From the NCBI RefSeq assembly GCF_006345805.1, contig NC_043016.1:6944001-7008000 (forward strand): a DNA stretch of 64,000 nucleotides, written 5' to 3'. Position 1 is the stretch's first letter; the number at the start of each line of letters is the position of its first letter. A program made the translations under genes and the position numbers. The notes beneath the pieces are model-generated. The model had not been told where the DNA came from. It worked only from the letters and a program-made list of their open reading frames with translations, and did no database searches. Origin of the DNA: Octopus sinensis. Lineage: Eukaryota. This document shows, one piece after another, positions 36,619-47,714 of this stretch.

Positions 36619-38943
36619 CCAGGAACTTAATTCTCCAACAAAATGCACAGCAAGCTTTTCGACAAACGCTCACGAGGAGCCCATGAAATTAATGATACAA
36701 ACTGTCTATCTATATGCGTTGACGCCAGATTGGATGAAAGCAGAAGAGATTGTCCGTTGAGATAGTTCAAGGTCAGAATCAAGTTAGCAGAAAATCAAAG
36801 AGTGTGAATGTATTCTGTATGACTGGTGTTTATATTTGATTTATTTTATGAATGAGTGCTAGAATGTTTGAGTGTGAGAAATTGCCTTAATGTATGTGTG
36901 TGTGCATCTTTGAATGCATGGCAGTGTGTTTCGAAGGTAGAAAGAGAGAGAGATAGCAGGGATTAACGGTCAAGAAACTGAAAAGGCTGTGTCTGTGTGT
37001 TCGTATGTGACAACTTAATAGAGAGAGGGTGTCCACAATAGCAATGACAAGATACAGTGTTGCTGTAGGGAATGGTAGTAGTTCTTGACAACTATGATAA
37101 AGCCTTTTATACTAACAGGGATGAGATATCACCTTTCAAATTTTATTAGGAAATCCAGGGGTTATCTATATTAGACTTCATTGGTATGAGAGAAAGGTAT
37201 GCCTTTTCCAGTGGAGGCATCAGAAAGAATTCTGCACAATCGAGTTAACAAGCTGCCCTCGGGCGAACAAAATATGAAATAGTTCGGAGTTACAAAGGGC
37301 ACAGATTTTTTTGCCCTTATCAAACGGTAAAGACACCGATAAAATTGACCATTCCAGTCTAAAAGTTGAATTCGCGTTCTTCAAACGCCAGACTAATTTG
37401 CTTAGCCCCGTAGCGTGTTGCTTATCCTTATCTCGGAACGTGGAAAAATGGTTCGATATTCTTGTGGCTAATTTTGATGATGAGCGCCGATATAAAGGAA
37501 GACATCGGATTCAGTATAAACTCTGCACTGATAAATGGCGTTTCTAATTTTGGAGTTGCTAGATAAGAACCTTAATCTATTGGGATTGGTTTCCGATACT
37601 AATACAGTGTTCTTATTACTATGATGGTTGTAAAAACTAACGCTGGATTCGATATTATTCACCCCATTATCATTACTATTTAAGGCAATATCACCTGCAT
37701 ATTCCCTGTTACTGGGAATGCTGTGACTGATAATGTCCGTAAAACTACTGTTGTTAAAACCGCTGCTAATATTATTTTTGGGACTCCCTTCGTTAATGAC
37801 GAGATCAGTGCTCTTATCCTTATTACTATTACTAACTCCAATGTTGGTATGAAGGCTGCTAATATCTGTGCTACTTCTATTATTATTATTATTATTACTA
37901 TGCGTTATGTTGGAATTTGACGGGGCAGAGTCTCTGCTCATGGGTGAGAGGGCCTTATTTAGCAGCTTATTGTTATGGGAGGCAATTATCTGTGAAAGAT
38001 TTTTAGTATTTGAGAAAGCTATCCTTACTTTGTGCGAATTTACAGTGGAGTAATATCTCAAATTTCTGGGAAAATTTCTGGCAATGGCTTGGCGAAACTG
38101 CAACGGTAGGTTAGATCTTATTTGTTTACCAAAGGGAATTACAAACCAGATATAGTTTTTCCTGTTCTTGTACTGGCTCGGAGAGTCAACTCTAACATTA
38201 AGGGGGGTATCTCTGGGTTGAATAATGGGTTTTGGCCTACGATGGCCTCCCATGGACCGCAAATTATTTATGTTATCTATATTTGTGTTAGTTGTGTTCG
38301 CCCGAGGGCAGCTTGTTAACTCGATTGTGCAGAATTCTTTCAGATGCCTCCACTGGAAAAGGCATACCTTTCTCTCATACCAATGAAGTCTAATATAGAT
38401 AACCTAATATAGATTTCCTAATAAAATTTGAATGGTGATATCTCATCCCTGTTAGTATAAAAGCTTTATCATAGTTGTCAAGAAACTAACCATTCCCTAC
38501 CAACACTGTATCTTGTCATTGCTATTGTGGACACCCTCTCTCTATTAAGTTGTCACATACGAACACACAGACACAGCCTTTTCAGTTTCTTGACCGTTAA
38601 TCCCTGCTATCTCTCTCTCTTTCTACCTTCGAAACACACTGTCATGCATTCAAAGACGCACACACACATACATTAAGGCAATTTCTCACACTCAAACATT
38701 CTAGCACTCATTCATAAAATAAATCAAATATAAACACCAGTCATACAGAATACATTCACACTCTTTGATTTTCTGCTAACTTGATTCTGACCTTGAACTA
38801 TCTCAACGGACAATCTCTTCTGCTTTCATCCAATCTGGCGTCAACGCATATAGATAGACAGTTTGTATCATTAATTCATGGGCTCCTCGTGAGCGTTTGT
38901 CGAAAAGCTTGCTGTGCATTTTGTTGGAGAATTAAGTTCCTGG

Positions 38944-39028
38944 ATTTTCCTGAAGAGAAACTGCAAAATGGACTCCTTATTCACTCGGAATTAGGGACTT
39001 TGCAGACTTCGAAACATATGTCGAAAAT
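38944..39028 (+). ncRNA. Canonical type I hammerhead ribozyme with palindromic stem III
   Basis: Stem I ATTTTC (38944-38949)/GAAAAT (39023-39028), CTGAAGA 38950-38956, GAAA 39011-39014, ACATATGT palindrome, GTC triplet with predicted cleavage after C39022. Confidence 0.8.
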
Positions 39029-39095
39029 AAAATAAAGGAATTTTGTTAAATCTTCGTTCAGTTCCATTCTTTCCTATACTTAATATATATATATA

Positions 39096-40290
39096 TAGAA
39101 ACCCTGTGTACCGGAAAATACCGGTCAGCGGACACATAGATAGATGTGCTGGAAATGTAAATCCGAAATTTACAACTAACCCGCTCTATAAGTTCAGTGA
39201 CAACGCAACCTTCACGCAACGCCAAAGTAAAGAACTGCATTTCATAAAAAAATTTAAACCAAGTTTAAACACCCTGGGCCAGGAATATTAAAACAAAAGA
39301 TAGGTCCTCCGAAAAGGAGAAGCAAAATTCCACCACGGCCGCTACCTTAAACAGTCACTCACACTGACGGAAATATGCCTTAGGAAAAAAGGGGAAAAAA
39401 TTTATAAAAAGATCTCTTCGTACAAATCTAACCCTGATGGACTGACCACATACGATACAGCTAAGGGTCAGACCCGATTCTGATTGGTCAACACGTTGAT
39501 GACGTCTAATTCTGCTAGACTGGACAGGATACAGACAAGGGGCAGAGATTAGTCAGAATATTGATGACGTTCTTTCTGCTTGACTAGTCACCTAACAGTC
39601 AGAAAAGGGGCAGATCTAATACAGCTATAAGTCTTGATTGGTCAGAATTTTGATGACGTCCCGTTTGCTTGACTAAGCCACCTAACGAAGTCGTGATTGG
39701 TCAGAATTTTGATGACGTCCCGTTCTGCTTGACTAAGCCACCTAACGAAACGATTTGTCAAAACAGGACACAGACAAGAGGCAGTTATAATACAGCAATA
39801 GGTCACGATTGGTCAGAATGTTGATGACGTCCCGTTCTGCTTGACTAAGCCACCTAACGAAACGATTGGTCAAAACGTTGATGACGTCACGTTACGCTGG
39901 ACTGACCAGTGTTATAAAACCTGAACAATTCACAAGATTCGCCAGAATCATCCAGCGAACACCACAGTTGATAAAGTTAAAAATGAATTCCTCTCTCTTT
40001 CAGGAACATCAGTTTTTTGTATTGACTACATATCGCGCTTTGATCTGTCTTTGTATTGGATGCATGTCGCCACCGTGAACCGCTGCATCATGCACTTTAA
40101 ACATATAGCATGAACGAACTCACTTCAAACTATATATATGAACTTTAAGATGTCTGACACCGTTGTGTATTATAAATGAATTTCTTGTGATTGATAGCAT
40201 GAACTATCTTTTTTTATATATAACTTTTTTTGATAAGGTTCATTTCAGGAACTGAAGCATGTTTAAATGTATATATAAAAATTAAAAATT
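39096..40290 (+). mobile_element. 3' end of a second Penelope-like element (GIY-YIG C-terminus plus long 3' non-coding region)
   Basis: SGHIDRC..KELHFIKKFKPSLN, then the CCAAT/CRE array, TATA box and a decayed hammerhead at about 40228-40268 (TTGATAA-GGTTC..GAACT-GAAGCATGTT). Confidence 0.6.
39481..39919 (+). promoter_or_regulatory. Array of GATTGGTCA-N6-TGATGACGTC motifs (inverted CCAAT plus CRE/ATF-like site) followed by TATAAAA
   Basis: Copies start at 39482, 39547, 39636, 39695, 39807 and 39864, with a half copy at 39752. Perfect TGACGTCA at 39882-39889 and TATAAAA at 39913-39919. Function is inferred. Confidence 0.55.
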
Positions 40291-40327
40291 GTATAATATA
40301 GCAGCATTTTCGAGCTTCATTTTTTAC

Positions 40328-40386
<59 letters not shown>

Positions 40387-40455
40387 ACACACACCATACA
40401 TACATGCCAATTGCTGCTTGCATAGGGCATGTATGTTGTGTGTGTGTATTTGTAT

Positions 40456-40517
<62 letters not shown>

Positions 40518-40872
40518 ATGGATATATGTATGTGCGTAATGTATGAGTATGTGTATGGGTGTGTACGTAGATGTATGTATATGGGTGCATATGGATGTAT
40601 GTGTGTATGTGTATGTATATATATATATATGTGTGTGTATGTGTGTGTGTACATATATATATATTATATATATATATATATGTATATGTGATAGTCTTCT
40701 TATTTACCTAAAACTCTATTATTCTATTTATTCTTTTATCTACTTTACCACTGATTCCTTTGACCACTCCCCTAAGAAAGATAGTTTGCGCCATGCCTAC
40801 CCGAAAAGTCCCCCACCACCACCCCTCTAAATCTGCCTAAATGTATAAATGCCAAAACTACTCTTGTCACCT

Positions 40873-40923
40873 AGCTTCCTGATGATTTCTTTTGAATGAA
40901 ACAGTTCAAGTCCTGTAGAAGCT
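40873..40923 (+). ncRNA. Type I hammerhead motif with full stem III
   Basis: AGCTTC/GAAGCT stem I, CTGATGA, weak stem II (T.T plus TTC/GAA), GAA, ACAG/CTGT stem III, GTA triplet. Confidence 0.65.
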
Positions 40924-41005
40924 CCTTCTATAAAATAAATTAATTTACTCTGCTATGTATTGAGTACCTTATTTACTGCGGTTAACCCCGACTCAACCCG
41001 GGACC

Positions 41006-41050
<45 letters not shown>

Positions 41051-41432
41051 TATATATATACATATAAATATATATATATATACATATACATATCATATAC
41101 ATCTATCTATCTATCTATCTACTATATATATATATATAATATATATATTATATATAATATATATAATATAACACACACATATAATATAAATAATATATAA
41201 TATATGCATATATACACACATATATGTACATACCTACATATATATGTATATATACATGCATATATGGGTACAGGACATCAAAAAAACGTGGAACCAATGA
41301 GAAACGAAAATAAAAACAAAAACATAGAGACGAACTTTTTCAAACAACGAAAAAAAAAAACAGAGTACAAGACAAGGAATATTACCCTTCTTAGTTGTCC
41401 CTGTTTCATCTACTCCGCGTTATATATATATA

Positions 41433-41810
41433 TCTTTATATATAAAAGTGAAGCTGTGTGTCTGTCTCCTACGATTTAGATTCCTAACTACTCCCACATT
41501 TTGCGGTGCAGTGTAACCAAAAGCGGGTATCTTATAGTCGTGATTCATATCGAGCCCTTCTGGGTATTAGCGCGCGTCTACGATGAGTCTACGATTTAAA
41601 AAAACTTACCATCATTTTTTCCCATTTTTAGTGCATTTTTTTGCTATTATATAAGGGAAGTAACTCTCTAAAAATCTCAGAACGTAAAAAGCTACAGTAA
41701 TACCCCCCTTTGTAGTTAGCCATATTGAGATGGCTATTATACTTTACATCTCTAAAAATGCTTATATAGTTATTTCCTTACAAACCGAGCAACGCCGGGC
41801 GATACTGCTA

Positions 41811-41811
<1 letters not shown>
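41433..41811 (+). mobile_element. Non-autonomous Helitron
   Basis: A|TC start and CCGAGCAACGCCGGGCGATACTGCTAG|T end. Confidence 0.85.
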
Positions 41812-41857
<46 letters not shown>

Positions 41858-42081
41858 AATAATGAGTAGATAGGTAGCCGACAACTGATGAACGGTCGTT
41901 CTTTATGTTATTTGTCCTGTTTTCCATTTGTTTCTGTCGTTGTTTGCGTATCATCTAATTTGTTTTCGTATTTCATGTTGTTTACTGTTTGTGACGTCCT
42001 GTACCCATATATGCATATATATTATATATATATATATATATATTATATAATATATTATATATATAATATATATATATATGA

Positions 42082-42112
<31 letters not shown>

Positions 42113-42156
42113 TATGTATGTATGTATATATATATGTATATATGTATGTATGTATA

Positions 42157-42193
<37 letters not shown>

Positions 42194-42925
42194 ATATGTG
42201 TGTGTGGTGTGTGTGTGTGGTGTATGCATATATATATATTATTTATATTAAATGTATATATGTTATAATTTAGAACAAACAGTAAAAGGTTGTCATTTAG
42301 TACTCGGAGTTCCGAATGTCGGGGCGAAGAGCCACGACACATACTCGTCGGCTATTACAGACGCTATTCATTAACTGTTGAATAGAAGGGAAGTTACTCT
42401 AATGCGTAGAACAAGAAAAAAGAAAAAACTAAATGCAACCATATCCTCATAATACATAGACATAAACCTACTGCGTTCACAACGTCTACATACGTACACA
42501 CTCACACAAACATGTATGCGTACATGTACATACACACACACAAACATATATGTGTATTTACGCACTAATACGTAAACACATATCCACACGCACACATATA
42601 TATGCATATGTGTACGCAACCTCATCGTCATATACACACAGGTGTTTACATGCATAACACGTAACATAATACATATGTATTTAGACATTTATTCGTATAA
42701 ATATACATCTCTGTCTCTCTTTATTTCTCTCTTCTCTCTCCCCCACGCCCTCGCACTCTCTCTCTCTCTCTCTCTCTTATCTATATATATATATATACAC
42801 ACACACTACACACACTCGCATACATTCACACTCCCGCATACATACACCCCACATATATATATATGTGTTGTGTGTGTGTGTGTATATATATATATGTATG
42901 TTGTATGTATATATATATATGTATG

Positions 42926-42979
<54 letters not shown>

Positions 42980-43040
42980 GTATGTGTGTATATATATATA
43001 TAATATATTATATATACATATATATATAATATATATATAT

Positions 43041-43343
43041 GTGGAGGCGCAATGGCCCAGTGGTTAGGGCAGCGGACTCGCGGTTGTAGGATCGCGGTTT
43101 CGATTCCCAGACTGGGCGTTATGAGTTTTATTGAGCGAAAACACCTAAAAGCTCCACGAGGCTCCGGCAGGGGGTGGTGATCCCTGCTGTACTCTTTCAC
43201 CACTCTTTCTCCCACTCTTTCTTCTGTTGGGCCTGCTCGCTTAGCCAGCGGGGTGGCGTCATCCGAAGGCTAAAACAATGCGAACGCATTGTGACCAGCG
43301 ATGTGTAACTACATTTGATAGACTGGTCGGTCATGTGACGTGA
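43041..43343 (+). mobile_element. SINE family 3, tail type A, inserted in (AT)n
   Basis: tRNA-like head GTGGAGGCGCAATGGCCCAGTGGTTAGGGC..GGTTTCGATTCCC. Confidence 0.9.
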
Positions 43344-43396
43344 TATATATATATATATATTATATATATATATATACAAGATAAGAATATTACATA

Positions 43397-43522
43397 ATCT
43401 CCGAAGAGGCCTTGTGATATTTTTGTTAATGTCTCATTTATATCTATATATTGACCAACCATAAAGGGCTAAATTGGTAAAATGAGACATAATTATCGAC
43501 ATGGCCGAAACAGCTGTAAGAT
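43397..43522 (+). ncRNA. Type I hammerhead motif with very long stem II
   Basis: ATCT/AGAT stem I; CCGAAGA core (C at position 4); GGCC..GGCC closing a ~99-nt stem II that contains ATGTCTCATTT/AAATGAGACAT; GAAAC-AGCT-GTA. Confidence 0.65.
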
Positions 43523-44039
43523 CTAATTTATACTTATATTTATATTTACTTGTATTTATATTCTCTTTTATATATATTCTACTTATTATACAACATTACT
43601 CTTTATGTACACTTTTATTTACATTCCTTTATGTACACTGATTTGTTCTGCTTTTATATTTAATCCTACAGTCTCTTATGTGGTGGTTTAATAAAGTATG
43701 TGATTGAGTATTATCTGGTAATTGATATTTGATTTAGATGTATTTCTCCATTTTCTTATCTTGTATTAGTAATTTGTGATAAATCATTTTACCTTTGCCC
43801 ATATAATACAGTAAATGAATTGATTGTATCGCAATCATTAACATTATGTATTAACTTTGTTGGGTACTTCACTAGCATATATTGGATATACGTTATCCCA
43901 TAGAGGGTTGCATTTACAACCCATATCTCAATTTGTATATATATATATGTCTGTATATATATATATATATATAGATATATATATATTATACTGTTGTGGC
44001 CAAAAAAAAAATATATATATATATATTTCTTTTTGTAGA

Positions 44040-45229
44040 ATCATTAAAGGTACTGTCCAATATCCAGTCAATCTCAAGAAAACTGTTGTCATGCATCAAC
44101 CTGCCCTGGTAAGCAGTATAGTGTACCAAATATCTATGTGAATGGTAAACGAACTGATGTAGTCGATCAGTTTGTCTACCTGGAAGCACTATTAATAGAT
44201 ATGACAATGTGGATGATGAAATTCCATATAGAATTAGGAAAGCAAGTGTTGCTTTCGGAAGGCTAGAAAAAGCGCCTCTAGAGTCGGCGAGACATATGCA
44301 GAAAGACAAAGATAAAGGTGTACATGCATGTGTGCTCCTTCTCTTTTCTATGCCTGCTAGACGTGGGTCACATATCGATACCACCTTAAACAACTGAACG
44401 TTTCCATCAGATGTGCCTCAGACGGATCTATGGCATTAAGTGGAAGGACCGCATCAGTGATCTTGAAATACTCGAAGGCTCTCGGTGTGAAAGTATAGAA
44501 GCTCTTGTGTTAAAGCAAAGGCTCAGATGGAGTGGTCATCTGGTCAGAATGAAGGATTCAAGGATGCCAAAACAACTCTTTTTGGAGAGTTAGCTAAAGA
44601 AGAACGACCTCCACATAAACCAAAAAAGAGGTATAAGGACTTGCTGAAGGCTTCCTTAAGAGATGCTTGCATCTCTCCTGACATATGGGAAGGAATAGCT
44701 ATTGATCGTAGCAGGTGGAGAAGGATTGTGCATGAGGGGACAGCTACGTTTGAGAAATCTCGAGTTGCACATGAGTTGCACGTAAGGAGTTGCACGTAAG
44801 GAGGGATGTCAGGAAGGGCATCGCTGTTACACTTCCAGATGGGAAGGGGCTTCCTTTGATTTTGACATGCAATATCTGTGCAAGACCCTGCCTCAGTAAA
44901 GCTGGACTCGAGAGTCATCTTCGTAGTCATAAAACGAGACAGATGAGAGATAACCTGGCCACTGGTGGTGGTGTAACACACCATACTAATCATATCTGTC
45001 GGGCATGTGGAAGAGAGTGTAATTCGGCAGGAGGACTTAAACGACATGCAAAGGTACATGAAGCCCAGTTACAACTACAGCCGGCTATTACTGGTAAAGT
45101 TTTTAGTTGCCAATTCTGTACAAGACATTGTAGATCTTTAGCTGGGCTAAAAAGTCACATTCGATCACAGCACCAGTAACAGTTAAGCTTCGTGCAATGG
45201 CCATACTCGATAACGAGGGGGAAGCCATC
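44040..45229 (+). mobile_element. 5'-truncated RTE (BovB-like) LINE with three C-terminal C2H2 fingers
   Basis: DEIPYRIRKASVAFGRL, CLRRIYGIKWKDRI..LRWSGHLVRMKDSRMPKQLF, three CxxC-x12-H-x3/4-H motifs, short 3' UTR ending in microsatellite. Confidence 0.9.
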
Positions 45230-45276
<47 letters not shown>

Positions 45277-45769
45277 TGTATGTATGTATGTATGTATGTA
45301 TTATTTATATATATACGTATATTTTTACGAATAAATGTCTAGATATATATGTATTATGCTACGCGTACGCATGTAAACACCTGTGTATATGAGGATGAGT
45401 TGCGTATATATATGCATATATATGTGTGCGGGTGGATATGTGTGTATGTATGAGTACGTATATACACATATGTTGTTTTTGTGTATGTTGCATGTACGTA
45501 TAAATGTTTGTGTGAATAAGGTTGCTGATATTTTTCTTTTTTCTTTTTTCTACTATTACTGTAACTTCCCTTATATTCAAAGGTTTCTCATAGCGTCTGT
45601 TGCCATTAATAGCCGACGAGAATTATGTATCAGCTATTCGCTCCGACATTTGAAACTCTGAGTATTATAATGACAAACTTTTACTGTTTGTTCTAAATTA
45701 TAACATATATAAATAATCCTTTATTTATCAAATATCGAGGTCTCATTCTTTAGTTGCTAATTATTATTA

Positions 45770-45847
<78 letters not shown>

Positions 45848-45857
45848 CATTATATAG

Positions 45858-46242
45858 TCGCAGGAGTGGCTGTGTGGTAAGACGCTTGCTTCCCAACTAC
45901 ATGAATCCGGTTCAGTCCCACTACGTGGCACCTTGGGAAGTGTCTTCTACTATAGCCTCGAGCCAACCAAAGCCTTGTGAGTGGATTTAGATTAGGTAGA
46001 CGAAAAACTGAAAGAAGCCCGTTGTATATATGTGTGTGTGTGTGTGTGTGTGTGCTTGCCCCCCACCCACCACCACCATCACCTGAGAACCTATGTTGGT
46101 GTGTTTACGTCCCCGTAACATAGTGGTTCGGCAAAAGAGACCGATAGAATAAGTACTAGGCATACAGTGGTACTCCAGTGGTACTCTAGTATGGCCGCAG
46201 TCAAATGACTGAAATAAGTAAAAGAATGAGAGAATAAAAGAA
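45858..46242 (+). mobile_element. tRNA-derived SINE family 2 (CORE-like GTGGCACCTTGGG motif)
   Basis: Head CAGGAGTGGCTGTGTGGTAAG..GGTTCAGTCCCA; copies at 57980 and 62814. Confidence 0.8.
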
Positions 46243-46293
46243 TATATATATATGTATATATCGTGCATGTGTATATATATATATATGTATATA

Positions 46294-46339
<46 letters not shown>

Positions 46340-46478
46340 TATGCTCGTATATACATATATATATATATATGTATATATAATTAATCAATATAGGGTGGCA
46401 AAAAATTTTGTAGAATTTTTTGCCACCAGCACCTAGTGGGAAAAAATTAAATAGTCATAGACCATTTTTAAGTTCAAC

Positions 46479-46657
46479 ATCACAATCAAGGAACGGCCAT
46501 AATAGGCCATTCACCCACTAGAAATAACACCAAAGCTTCAACCGCAAAAAATAACATCAATTCCGTAAACCAGGAGAAAAGGTTATTTTTTCGGTTGAAC
46601 TTTGGCTGTTATTTCTAGTGGGTGAATGGCCTATTATGGCCGTTCCTTGATTGTGAT
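46479..46657. repeat. Inverted repeat with ~77-bp arms (46479-46555 and 46582-46657)
   Basis: ATCACAATCAAGGAACGGCCATAATAGGCCATTCACCCACTAGAAATAAC... pairs almost perfectly with ...GTTATTTCTAGTGGGTGAATGGCCTATTATGGCCGTTCCTTGATTGTGAT. Confidence 0.9.
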
Positions 46658-47204
46658 ATATGTATATATATATATATATACATACATACATATACGTACA
46701 CACACACACAGACACATGCGCACGTACGCACACACTCACACACACACACACATACATATTTGTATGTGCATTAATGCATCTATATATGCAGACGGAATTT
46801 TTGAAAAAGAAATATACTGGTTCTTGAAACCCAACACAGGTTTCCGTATAAACAACTGCACAACTAGATTCGGTTCTGTATAGAATCTCAGAACAATGGC
46901 ACTAGCAGGCATAGCTCGCCTCTATTCCTTCCTTCTCTTTCCAACTGTTATTATTATTGTGCAAAGCTCTCTACACCACCTCACTCCGCCTCTCTCTCTC
47001 TCTCTCTCCCTTCTTCTTCTTCTTCTTCTTCCAAATTTAAACCCTCTTTAAACTTCCTTCCTGTTCTCAAATAAATTCCCACGTCTACAAACAAATCTTT
47101 TCAGAAAAGAAAAGAAGAGAAAAAGAAAAGGAAAAGGAAAAGGAAAAAGAACCTCTTCTTACTTCTAGATTTCTCCCGCCTCCTTGCTCTTGCATCTCCT
47201 CTTA

Positions 47205-47266
<62 letters not shown>

Positions 47267-47459
47267 TTCTCTCTTTCTCCTCAGCTTCTTCGACTCTCGG
47301 GAGAAATTTCAGCAGATTTTGCAGCCACAGCTATTTCCCCTAAAGACAAATGAGCAGGTCGTGGGTGAGGGGGGGTTGGGACGAGAAGCGAAGAGAAGAA
47401 CGAGGATGTGTAGAGAAGGAGAAGGCGACGGAGAAGACCACGTTGACGACGGTGGAAAA

Positions 47460-47495
<36 letters not shown>

Positions 47496-47714
47496 GGTGG
47501 TGGTGCAAGTGTTGGTAGTGGTAGAGAATGAAAACTGGTGACTAAGGGTTAAAGCGGTGACGATAGTTATGAGTGGGAAAGTGAACGATAGGGTAGCAAG
47601 CAGAATATGCATGGGTATGCTTGGGTATATGATTGTGTCTCTCTCTCTTTCTCTATCCATCTATCTATCTATATATCTATCTATCTAGCTAGCTAGCTAG
47701 CTATCTAAGGAACC

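Larger units (their letters stand above)
36472..39089 (-). mobile_element. 5'-truncated Penelope-like element with inverted ~795-bp arms (36472-37269 and 38295-39089)
   Basis: The arms are reverse complements. The spacer encodes on the minus strand RKNYIWFVIPF..KVRIAFSNTKNLSQIIASHN (RT C-terminus) and NAIYQCRV..LYIGA / SKLATRISNHFSTFRDK..LSKLVWRLK..CALCNSE (GIY-YIG, one frameshift). Confidence 0.9.

Noticed and set aside
47285-47366. Possible exon after a (CT)n tract with a GTGAGG donor
   Set aside because: The pyrimidine tract is a microsatellite and no translation resembles a known protein.
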